This document shows, one piece after another, positions 19,903 through 27,449 of a DNA stretch of 64,000 bases (the stretch's first letter is position 1; each line of letters opens with the position of its first letter). The translations under genes and the position numbers were made by a program. The stretch lies in the NCBI GenBank assembly GCA_963816355.1, contig CAWFKH010000001.1, positions 96,001 to 160,000 on the forward strand. Direction: 5' to 3'. Source of the DNA: an uncultured Gemmatimonadales bacterium. Lineage in GTDB: Bacteria > Gemmatimonadota > Gemmatimonadetes > Longimicrobiales > RSA9. The notes below the pieces were generated by a model that saw only the letters and a list, made by a program, of their open reading frames with translations, searched no databases and was not told the origin of the DNA.

Positions 19903-20136
19903 ATGCGGATGACGCCCGGTGCTCGCCACCTCCGCAAACGCAACCCCGCCCGCGTGACGCCGCCGCTCGCCACCGCGTTTCTGTGCGCCGTGTTTCTTTC
20001 ACTGCCCCTTGGCGCCTGCAAGCGCGGCGGCTCCGCCGGGGGCGACGGCGCAGCCGCCGACTCGACGCGCCGTCCGCACGCGCCGCCGGGCGTCGTCGAT
20101 GACCTCGTTCCGGTGGATACGAGCGTTGGCCACTGA
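19903..20136 (+). CDS. putative small lipoprotein
   Basis: Basic N-region, hydrophobic stretch, LGAC lipobox, short polar tail. Confidence 0.45.
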   Translation: MRMTPGARHLRKRNPARVTPPLATAFLCAVFLSLPLGACKRGGSAGGDGAAADSTRRPHAPPGVVDDLVPVDTSVGH

Positions 20137-20944
20137 GCGGCAGGCCGCGCGAGGCCGAGCCCCGAGGCCGTCCCCGCCGGCCCGGGCCACACTGCGGCTG
20201 AGCCTCGCCGGCATCGTCGGCACCGTCGTCGCGATCACGGTCGCGGCCCTATGCGTTCGGCTCGGCATATGGCAGCTCCACCGGCTGGCGGAGCGGAAGA
20301 CGGCGAATGCGGCGGTCGCGGCGCGCATATCGGCTCCTCCGCTGCGGCTGACGCGGCCGTCGTCGGACACCGTCGGGCTGCTCTTCCGCCGCGTCGCCCT
20401 GCGGGGTGAATACGACGCGGCGCACTCCATGGTGCTCGCAGGTCGCAGCTTCGAGGGCGCGCCGGGGGTGGATCTGGTGACGCCGCTGCGCGTCGGTTCC
20501 GGGGCGGTGCTGGTGGACCGGGGATGGCTGCCGTCGCCGGACGCGGCGACCGTCGACCTCTCGCCTTACGACACGACCGGCACGGTCGAGGTGACGGGGA
20601 TCGTGCTGCCTCTGGGCGGACGCGGGGACGGCAAGGATTTCGCGGGCCCCCCCGACGCGGCGGGCTTCCGCCGGGTCTGGTACGCGGCCGACGAGGCGAT
20701 GCTGCGGCAGTTGCCGTACGCGACGCCCGCCGTCTACGTGCGCGCGACCCCGGAGGGCGAAGCGCCGCTGCGGCCGAGACTCGCGCCGAGCGAGCTGCCC
20801 GCGCGACGCCCGCCGCCGGAGCTGTCGAACGGCCCCCACCTGAACTACGCGATCCAGTGGTTCAGCTTCGCCGCGATCGCGCTCGTCGGCTGGGCCGTCG
20901 TGGTGCGGCGCGGCGGCGTCCACCGCCGCGCCGACCGGGAGTGA
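20099..20944 (+). CDS. SURF1-family protein (heme-copper oxidase assembly)
   Basis: LGIWQLHRLAERK, VTPL, VLVDRGWLP, HLNYAIQWFSFA. Start uncertain (ATG 20099 or TTG 20126). Confidence 0.88.
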   Translation: MTSFRWIRALATERQAARGRAPRPSPPARATLRLSLAGIVGTVVAITVAALCVRLGIWQLHRLAERKTANAAVAARISAPPLRLTRPSSDTVGLLFRRVALRGEYDAAHSMVLAGRSFEGAPGVDLVTPLRVGSGAVLVDRGWLPSPDAATVDLSPYDTTGTVEVTGIVLPLGGRGDGKDFAGPPDAAGFRRVWYAADEAMLRQLPYATPAVYVRATPEGEAPLRPRLAPSELPARRPPPELSNGPHLNYAIQWFSFAAIALVGWAVVVRRGGVHRRADRE

Positions 20945-20956
20945 GGCGTTCCGCGG

Positions 20957-21451
20957 CTACTCGCGGACCGCGTCCAGGTTGACCACGCGCTCGGCGAGTC
21001 GGGTGAGCCTGTGGTCGGTCTCACCCTCTTCGTCCAGCGTCTTCTGCAACAGCTCCGCCTGGTCCGAGAAGCCGAGCGTGTTCGCGTACGTGCGGGCGCA
21101 GCCGTAGCCGGCCATCTCGTAGTGCTCGACGCGCTGCGCCGCCGCGATGAGGCCCGCGTCCAGCGCGTCCGAGTCGCCCTTCGCCTTCAGCACCTGCTCA
21201 CCCTCGCGGATGATCCCCTTCATCGCCTCGCACTCCTGGCGCGACGCCTTCTCGCCGAGCTTCTCGAAAACCTGCTCCAGACGCCGCGTGTGGCCCTTCG
21301 TCTGGTCGAGGTGCTCGTTGAACGCCTCGCGCAACTCCGGGTGCTTCGCCGCACCAGCCATCTTCGGCAGCGCATCGACGATGCGGTTCTCGGCGTCGTA
21401 CAGGTCGCGCAGCTGCTCGGTGTAGAGCTGCTTCAGTGATTCCAGCTTCAT
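20957..21451 (-). CDS. yciF: ferritin-like YciE/YciF (DUF892) protein
   Basis: GGAGG RBS; LRDLYDAE, HLDQTKGH..RLE, CEAMKGI, AAAQRVEHYEMAGYG, TLDEEGETD. Confidence 0.92.
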   Translation of the reverse strand: MKLESLKQLYTEQLRDLYDAENRIVDALPKMAGAAKHPELREAFNEHLDQTKGHTRRLEQVFEKLGEKASRQECEAMKGIIREGEQVLKAKGDSDALDAGLIAAAQRVEHYEMAGYGCARTYANTLGFSDQAELLQKTLDEEGETDHRLTRLAERVVNLDAVRE

Positions 21452-21610
21452 GTGACTTCCTCCAGGCAGGATTCCAGAACGAAGAAGCCGCCGCAGGCTG
21501 TAACCGGCGACGGCCCCATGCTTCACGAATCGCGGCGTCCCGCCCCGTGAGCGGAACGCCGGGCGGCGAAGCCGCCGTCGTCTCAACCGTGCAAGAGCAA
21601 TACCGGGGGG

Positions 21611-22040
21611 CTCGCCGGGGCGGCGAGGGAAGCTCGCCCTGGCGGCGAGGGAAGCTCGCCTGGCGGCGAGGGGAGCTTCGCCTGGCGGCGAAGGGAAGCT
21701 CGCCTGGCGGCGAGGGGCCGCCTTCGGCGGGGAAGCTCGCCTGGCGGCGAGGGGCCGCCTTCGGCGGGGAAGCTCGCCTGGCGGCGAGGGGCCGCCTCCG
21801 GCGGGGAGGCTCGCCTGGCGGCGAGGGGCCGCCTTCGGCGGGGAAGCTCGCCTGGCGGCGAGGGGCCGCCTTCGGCGGGGAAGCTCGCCTGGCGGCGAGG
21901 GGCCGCCTCCGGCGGGGAGGCTCGCCTGGCGGCGAGGGGCCGCCTTCGGCGGGGAAGCTCGCCTGGCGGCGAGGGGCCGCCTCCGGCGGGGAGGCTCGCC
22001 TGGCGGCGAGGGGCCGCCTTCGGCGGGGAAGCTCGCCTGG
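21611..22040 (-). repeat. tandem hairpin array 1: four ~22-bp single-hairpin units, nine 37-bp two-hairpin units and a partial unit
   Basis: Unit CTCGCC-TGGC-GGCGAG-GGG-CCGCC-TYC-GGCGG-GGARG starting at 21699, 21736, ... 21995 (period 37). On the minus strand the loops read GCCA and GAA/GGA. Confidence 0.97.
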
Positions 22041-22059
22041 CAGCGGTCAGGGCCCGGGG

Positions 22060-22581
22060 CTTCCCTCGCGAAGCGAGCCTCCCCGGCCGAAGGCCGACCC
22101 CCGCGCGCAGCGCGGACCCCGCCGCAAGGCGGGCTTCCCTCGCGAAGCGAGCTTCCCCGGCCGAAGGCCGGCCCCCGCGCGCAACGCGGACCCCGCCGCA
22201 AGGCGGGCTTCCCTCGCGAAGCGAGCTTCCCCGGCCGAAGGCCGGCCCCCGCGCGCAACGCAGACCCCGCCGCAAGGCGGGCTTCCCTCGCGAAGCGAGC
22301 TTCCCCGGCCGAAGGCCGGCCCCCGCGCGCAACGCGGACCCCGCCGCAAGGCGGGCTTCCCTCGCGAAGCGAGCTTCCCCGGCCGAAGGCCGGCCCCCGC
22401 GCGCAACGCGGACCCCGCCGCAAGGCGGGCTTCCCTCGCGAAGCGAGCTTCCCCGGCCGAAGGCCGGCCCCCGCGCGCAACGCGGACCCCGCCGCAAGGC
22501 GGGCTTCCCTCGCGAAGCGAGCTTCCCCGGCCGAAGGCCGGCTCCCCTTGCCGAAGGCAAGCTTCCCCGGCCGGAGACCGG
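22060..22581 (+). repeat. tandem hairpin array 2: six 74-bp four-hairpin units plus a partial/diverged tail
   Basis: Unit CTTCC-CTCGC(GAA)GCGAG-CTTCC-CCGGCC(GAA)GGCCGG-CCC-CCGCGC(GCA)RCGCGG-AC-CCCGCC(GCAA)GGCGGG at 22060, 22134, 22208, 22282, 22356, 22430; partial at 22504. Confidence 0.97.
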
Positions 22582-22583
22582 CT

Positions 22584-23024
22584 TCACGCAATCTCCAGCG
22601 CCTCCGTGCGCTCCTTCAGCGCTTCGTTCATCTCCTCGAAGCCCTCGATCAGCGGTCGGCGGACGACGGCGCTGAGGAAGGGGACGCCGATGCCGATGAA
22701 ACGCTCGCGCTGGACGAACCGGACGCTGACGTCGCCGATCGGCTCGATCGCGAAGACGTGTTCGCCGTCGAAGAAGCCGGGCAGCAGGAGCTGTCCGATC
22801 CAGCGCAACTCGCGACCGGGATCGAAGTGGATGATGCGGGGGCGCACCTCGATGGAGCGGAAGCGGGGCAGGTCGAGCCGGACGTGCAGCTGCGATCCCT
22901 TCTCCGCGCGCCCCTCGACGAGCCGGATGAACGGATTCCACGCGGGGTACGCGTCGAAGTCCGTGAGGATGCTCCACACCCGCGCGGCGGGGGCGTCGAT
23001 CTGGATGTCGGTACGGATCTCCAT
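22584..23024 (-). CDS. SRPBCC/polyketide-cyclase domain protein
   Basis: IQIDAPAARVWSILTDFDAYPAWNPFI..ELRWIG..FDGEHVF..FEEMNEALKERTE. Confidence 0.9.
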   Translation of the reverse strand: MEIRTDIQIDAPAARVWSILTDFDAYPAWNPFIRLVEGRAEKGSQLHVRLDLPRFRSIEVRPRIIHFDPGRELRWIGQLLLPGFFDGEHVFAIEPIGDVSVRFVQRERFIGIGVPFLSAVVRRPLIEGFEEMNEALKERTEALEIA

Positions 23025-23147
23025 GGCTCTCCTCGTCTGCCCTGCACTACCCCGCCCGGACCCGCCCTGGTTTCAAGCGACGCCGCACGGCCGCGCTCCC
23101 GGCATCCACGCGTCGGCGCCGGCGCGTCGGCGCCCGCCGGGCTCGGC

Positions 23148-24035
23148 TCAGGCGAGGGAGCGGAGCAGCTCGATCATGCGGACATCCCACGGGTCGGGGG
23201 TCGGGTCGTCGGCGCCGACGTCGGTCTCCTTCTGCGGCGTCTCGAGGATGAGCGGGATCCCGGCGGCGCGGCGGTCGTGGAGCAGCCAGCCGAACGGCTC
23301 GGCGCCGATCATGCCCTCGCCGATCAGCGCGTGCCTGTCACGGTTCGAGCCCAGATCGCCTTCGCTGTCGTTCAGGTGGAAGAACGACGGCGGCTCCCCG
23401 GTCTGCTCTTCGAAGGCGTCGAGCACCTCCGCGAGCGCGGCGCGCGAAGAGGCGATGTCGTAGCCCGACGCATAAAGATGGCAGGTGTCGAGGCCGTAGC
23501 CGGCGCGGGCACGGTGCTTCGCCGGGATCGCGCCGAGGATCGCCGCCACCTCCTCCGGCGTGCGGCCGACGGTGCGACCGGCGCCGGCGGTGTTCTCGAC
23601 CAGCAGCCGGGTCGGTCCGTCGACGGCCGCGAGCGCGTCGGACATCGCGCGCGCGACGCGCTCGAGCGCCGCGCCGGTGTCACCCCCCCGCGCCGAGCCG
23701 GGGTGGAAGCAGACGGCGCCGATCCCGAGCGTGGTCGAGCGCTCGAGCTCCTTGGCCAGGCCGGCCGCGGCGCGCGCGTACTTGGCGTCGTCCGACGTCG
23801 CGACGTTCAGCACGTACGCGGCGTGCGCCATCACGTGGGCCGGCGAGAGGCCGGTCTGCTCGAGCGCCGCGCGGAACCGCTCCACGCGCTCGGGACGGAT
23901 CGAGGAGCGGTCGCCGTAGAACTTCGGGATCGCGGTGAAGATCTGGAGCGCCGACATGCCGGCGGCGGCCGCGCGGCGCGCCGCCATGTCGATGCCGCCG
24001 TTGTCGATCGTGTGCGCGCCGAGGATTCGCTGCAT
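23148..24035 (-). CDS. nfo: endonuclease IV (AP endonuclease family 2)
   Basis: GAH, HAAY, HPGS, ENTAG, DTCH, HLNDS, DRH and ETP zinc-ligand motifs. Confidence 0.93.
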   Translation of the reverse strand: MQRILGAHTIDNGGIDMAARRAAAAGMSALQIFTAIPKFYGDRSSIRPERVERFRAALEQTGLSPAHVMAHAAYVLNVATSDDAKYARAAAGLAKELERSTTLGIGAVCFHPGSARGGDTGAALERVARAMSDALAAVDGPTRLLVENTAGAGRTVGRTPEEVAAILGAIPAKHRARAGYGLDTCHLYASGYDIASSRAALAEVLDAFEEQTGEPPSFFHLNDSEGDLGSNRDRHALIGEGMIGAEPFGWLLHDRRAAGIPLILETPQKETDVGADDPTPDPWDVRMIELLRSLA

Positions 24036-24073
24036 TCGACTGACCGTCAGGGTGCCACCGAGCGCCGCGGATC

Positions 24074-24646
24074 CTACCGGTGGTAGTACGGGTTCTCGCC
24101 GGAGTCGTGGTCGGTGATGTCGACGATCTCGCCGATCTCGGGCACCGCCTGGCGCAGCATCCGCTCGACGCCCTGGCGCAGCGTCACGCGCGCCATGCCG
24201 CACCCCTGGCAGCCGCCGCTCATCTCGAGAAAGACAGTCGTGTCCTCGACGTCCACCAGCGCGATCTCGCCGCCGTGGGCCGCGATCCCCGGGTTGATCT
24301 GCGTCTCGATCACGTGGGCGACGCGGTCGGCGAGCGGGCCGTGCGGCCGCGCCCCGTTCTGGCGCACCGGCTCCGGCTGGCGCACGAGGAAGCCGGAGCC
24401 CTCGGGGCCGTCGACGTAGTCTATCGTCCGGCCCTGCACGAGCTGCAGGCTCTCACCCGCGACGTACACCTTGAAGTCGCCCTGGTTGATCGCGATGTCG
24501 CCGGGCTCCTTCTCGTCGACGAGCGCCAGCTCGTACTCCGGCGCGATCGGGCTGCCGCCCGCGCACGTGATGCGCAGCGCCGCCCCCTCCATCTGCGAAG
24601 AGAGCGACACGATCGTCGTACGCGCGGCGTCGGTGAACGTCAGCAT
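24074..24646 (-). CDS. nfuA: Fe-S biogenesis protein NfuA-like
   Basis: Degenerate A-type carrier N-domain plus NifU-C domain INPGIAAHGG..MSGGCQGC..DITDHDSGENPYY. Confidence 0.88.
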   Translation of the reverse strand: MLTFTDAARTTIVSLSSQMEGAALRITCAGGSPIAPEYELALVDEKEPGDIAINQGDFKVYVAGESLQLVQGRTIDYVDGPEGSGFLVRQPEPVRQNGARPHGPLADRVAHVIETQINPGIAAHGGEIALVDVEDTTVFLEMSGGCQGCGMARVTLRQGVERMLRQAVPEIGEIVDITDHDSGENPYYHR

Positions 24647-24807
24647 CGGGCTCCATCCCATCCGTTTCCGGTAGCTTGCGGATTCCGTCGGCGCAGCACA
24701 ATACCCCGCCGTCCGGACGCCGTTCGGTGCCCTCCCCCGCGTCCGTGGCGCGCGGGATGCGTCCGCCGCGCGGAACCCCGAGCCGCTCCGGCCGGGTTCG
24801 GCGTTCG

Positions 24808-24870
24808 TACGGCGGAGCGCCGCATTCATCCGGCGAGGCGCCGCATGAGTACGGCGAAGCGCCGCGAAGC
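24808..24870. repeat. three imperfect 21-bp direct repeats, each containing CGGCG-N3-CGCCG
   Basis: TACGGCGGAGCGCCGCATTCA / TCCGGCGAGGCGCCGCATGAG / TACGGCGAAGCGCCGCGAAGC, just upstream of doxX. Confidence 0.7.
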
Positions 24871-24897
24871 GCTCGAGAGAGGCAGGAGAGGTCGGCG

Positions 24898-25329
24898 ATG
24901 TTCGGCAGGTTCACGAAATTCGAGAAGGTCGCGCTCATCCTCTTCCGGGTAGCGGTCGGCGCGCTCTTCATGCAGCACGGAGGACAGAAGCTCTTCGGCT
25001 GGTTCGGCGGCCTCGGTGGAGGCGGAGCCACGGCGCCGATCCTGACACGCTTCGGCGTGGCCGGCGTGCTCGAGTTCTTCGGGGGTTTGCTGATCGTGCT
25101 CGGCCTTCTGACGCGGCCGGCGGCGCTCCTCCTCGCGGCCGAGATGCTCATCGCCTACATCCTGGCGCACGCCCCGCGCGGCGCCGTGCCGCTCACCAAC
25201 CGCGGCGAGCTGGCGCTGCTCTACCTCTTCTGCTTCCTCTACATCGCCGCGCGCGGCGCCGGCGTGTTGAGCCTGGACGCGGTGCTCTTCCGGCGCGGCG
25301 ATCGCGGGAGCGCCGCGGGCGGCGAATGA
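24898..25329 (+). CDS. DoxX-family membrane protein
   Basis: AGGAG RBS; FRVAVGALFMQHGGQKLFG, EFFGGLLIVLGLLTR, GAGVLSLD. Confidence 0.92.
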   Translation: MFGRFTKFEKVALILFRVAVGALFMQHGGQKLFGWFGGLGGGGATAPILTRFGVAGVLEFFGGLLIVLGLLTRPAALLLAAEMLIAYILAHAPRGAVPLTNRGELALLYLFCFLYIAARGAGVLSLDAVLFRRGDRGSAAGGE

Positions 25330-25339
25330 GCGCGCGGTC

Positions 25340-26611
25340 TCAGTGGCCGCGCATCCGCTCGGCGTCGGCGACGCGGCGCAGCGCGATCGCGTAGGCCGCG
25401 GTGCGCAGCGGAACCGAGCGGCCGCGAGCGAGCTCGGTCACGGCGCGGTACGCTTCGACCATCTTCTGCTCGAGCGCTTCGTTCACGCGCTCGAGCGGCC
25501 AGCGGATCTGCTGCAGGTTCTGCGTCCATTCGAAGTAGGAGACCACCACGCCGCCGGCGTTGGCGAGGAAGTCCGGGAGAACGGGGATGCGCCGCGCCTC
25601 GAGGACCTTGTCCGCGATCGGCGTGGTGGGACCGTTGGCGGCTTCGACGACCATCTTGCAGTCGAGGTCGTCGACGTTGCCTTCCTTCGTGATGACGCCG
25701 CCGAGCGCCGCCGGCACGAGGAAGTCGCACGGGATGCGCCAGAGCTGGTCGTTGCTGACCGCGTCCGCACTCGCGAAGCCGGCGACGGTGCCGGCCTCGC
25801 CGGCGTGCTCGAGCAGCGCGGGGATGTCGAGACCGTCGTCGGCATAGACGCCGCCGTCGACGTCGGTGACGGCGAGGACGCGGACGCCGCGGGCGTGGAG
25901 CTCGGAGGCGAGATTGCTGCCGACGTTGCCGAAGCCCTGGATCACGGCGCTCGCACCCTTCCACGGCAAGCCGTAGTCGCGCGCCGCCTCGCGCATGACG
26001 ATCGCGGCGCCACGGCCGGTGGCGGCCTCGCGGCCGAGCGAGCCGCCGAGCTCGATCGGCTTGCCGGTGACGATCGCAGGCGTATAGCCGCGCCTGGCGC
26101 TGTACTCGTCCATCATCCACGCCATCGTCTGGCCGTTCGTGCCCATGTCCGGTGCGGGGATGTCGCGGTACGGCCCGAGCAGGATGGCGATGCGGCTGGT
26201 GAACTTGCGCGTGAGCCGCTCCAGCTCGGTGGCGGAGAGCGCGCGCGGGTCGACGTTGATCCCTCCCTTGGCCCCGCCGAACGGCAGGTCCAGCAGCGCC
26301 GTCTTCCACGTCATCAGCGCCGCCAGCCCGCGGACCTCGTCGAGATCGACGGAGGGGTGGAAGCGGATGCCCCCCTTCGTCGGGCCGCGCGCGCCGTTGT
26401 GCTGGATGCGGTAGCCCATGAACGAGCGGACGGTGCCGTCGTCCATGAGCAGCGGCACCTGCACCGCGATCTCCCGGAACGGCACGCGCAGGATGATGCG
26501 CATCGACGCGTCGAGCCCGAGCAGGTCGGCGGCGTCCTCGAACTGCGTGGCGATGATGCCGCCGGTCGAGATCGGCTGGCTCGGCACGGTGGGTACGGTC
26601 GCGGCTTCCAT
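25340..26611 (-). CDS. gdhA: Glu/Leu/Phe/Val dehydrogenase (glutamate dehydrogenase)
   Basis: RGPTKGGIRF, MTWKTA, GGAKGG, DIPAPDMGT, VTGKP, QGFGNVG, EAANGP, NAGGVVVSYFEW. Confidence 0.95.
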   Translation of the reverse strand: MEAATVPTVPSQPISTGGIIATQFEDAADLLGLDASMRIILRVPFREIAVQVPLLMDDGTVRSFMGYRIQHNGARGPTKGGIRFHPSVDLDEVRGLAALMTWKTALLDLPFGGAKGGINVDPRALSATELERLTRKFTSRIAILLGPYRDIPAPDMGTNGQTMAWMMDEYSARRGYTPAIVTGKPIELGGSLGREAATGRGAAIVMREAARDYGLPWKGASAVIQGFGNVGSNLASELHARGVRVLAVTDVDGGVYADDGLDIPALLEHAGEAGTVAGFASADAVSNDQLWRIPCDFLVPAALGGVITKEGNVDDLDCKMVVEAANGPTTPIADKVLEARRIPVLPDFLANAGGVVVSYFEWTQNLQQIRWPLERVNEALEQKMVEAYRAVTELARGRSVPLRTAAYAIALRRVADAERMRGH

Positions 26612-26708
26612 CGGCGCTCCCCGTCTGAGGCGGTCGTCGCAGGAGGATGCGCGGCCGGCGGGCGGGCGTCAATGCGACGACGGCCGGGCCGCGCGCCGCG
26701 TCTTCCGC

Positions 26709-27449
26709 TCAGTCCGTCGGACCGTCGACCTCTTCCAGGCGGCGGCACGCCTCCGCGAGGCGCTCCGGCGTGCCGATGTCGATCCAGAACGCGTCGCCGA
26801 TCGGATGCGGCCGGATCGTCGCGCCCTCGCCCGCCAGGCGAAGGTAGCTTTCGACGATCGAGAAGACGCCGCGTTCCGTGATGCGCTCGAGCAGCTCCGG
26901 CGACACCACGTGCACGCCGCAGAAGGCATACTCGCGCGTCGCTCCCCGCGGCTCGCGCGCCGTCCGCTCCTCGCCGCTTCGCCGGTCGCGCCAGCCGAAG
27001 AGACCGGCGTCGTCGAAACGCAGCACGCGCCGCGACCGCCGCTCGTTCACCGCGAGCGTGGCGAGCGCGTCGGCGCGCGCGTGCGCGGCCAGCATCGGTG
27101 CCAGCGGAAAGGTGGTCAGCACGTCCGTGTTGTGGAGCAGGATCGGTCCGTCGCGCCGCAGCAGCGGCGCCGCGTGCAGCAGGCCCCCGCCGGTCTCGAG
27201 CGGCCGCTCCGGCTCGCGCGAGAAGAGCACCTCCACGCCGAAGCCGTCGCGCTCGGCCACGTAGCCTTCGATCTGGAGCGCGTGGCGGTGGACGTTGACC
27301 ACGATGCGGTCCGCGCCCGCCGCGACCACGCGGCGCGCGACGCGTTCGATCATCGGCGTCGGCCCGATCCCGATCAGCGCCTTCGGCACGGTGTCCGTGA
27401 TCGGCCGCAGCCGCGTGCCGAGTCCCGCCGCGAAGAGGAGCGCATCCAT
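26709..27449 (-). CDS. sugar-phosphate nucleotidyltransferase (MurU-like)
   Basis: LFAAGLGTRLRPITDTVPKAL, LETGGGL, WIDIGTPERL; overlaps the upstream kinase stop. Confidence 0.88.
   Translation of the reverse strand: MDALLFAAGLGTRLRPITDTVPKALIGIGPTPMIERVARRVVAAGADRIVVNVHRHALQIEGYVAERDGFGVEVLFSREPERPLETGGGLLHAAPLLRRDGPILLHNTDVLTTFPLAPMLAAHARADALATLAVNERRSRRVLRFDDAGLFGWRDRRSGEERTAREPRGATREYAFCGVHVVSPELLERITERGVFSIVESYLRLAGEGATIRPHPIGDAFWIDIGTPERLAEACRRLEEVDGPTD

Noticed and set aside
21611..22581. CRISPR array (37-bp palindromic repeats)
   Set aside because: Units are directly adjacent with no unique spacers, and there is no leader or cas gene in the window.
21436..23463. Long ORFs crossing the hairpin arrays (20957..22591, 21436..23463, 21583..22977)
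   Set aside because: The periods 37 and 74 are not multiples of 3, the repeats simply lack stop codons, and yciF has its own RBS and ATG at 21451.
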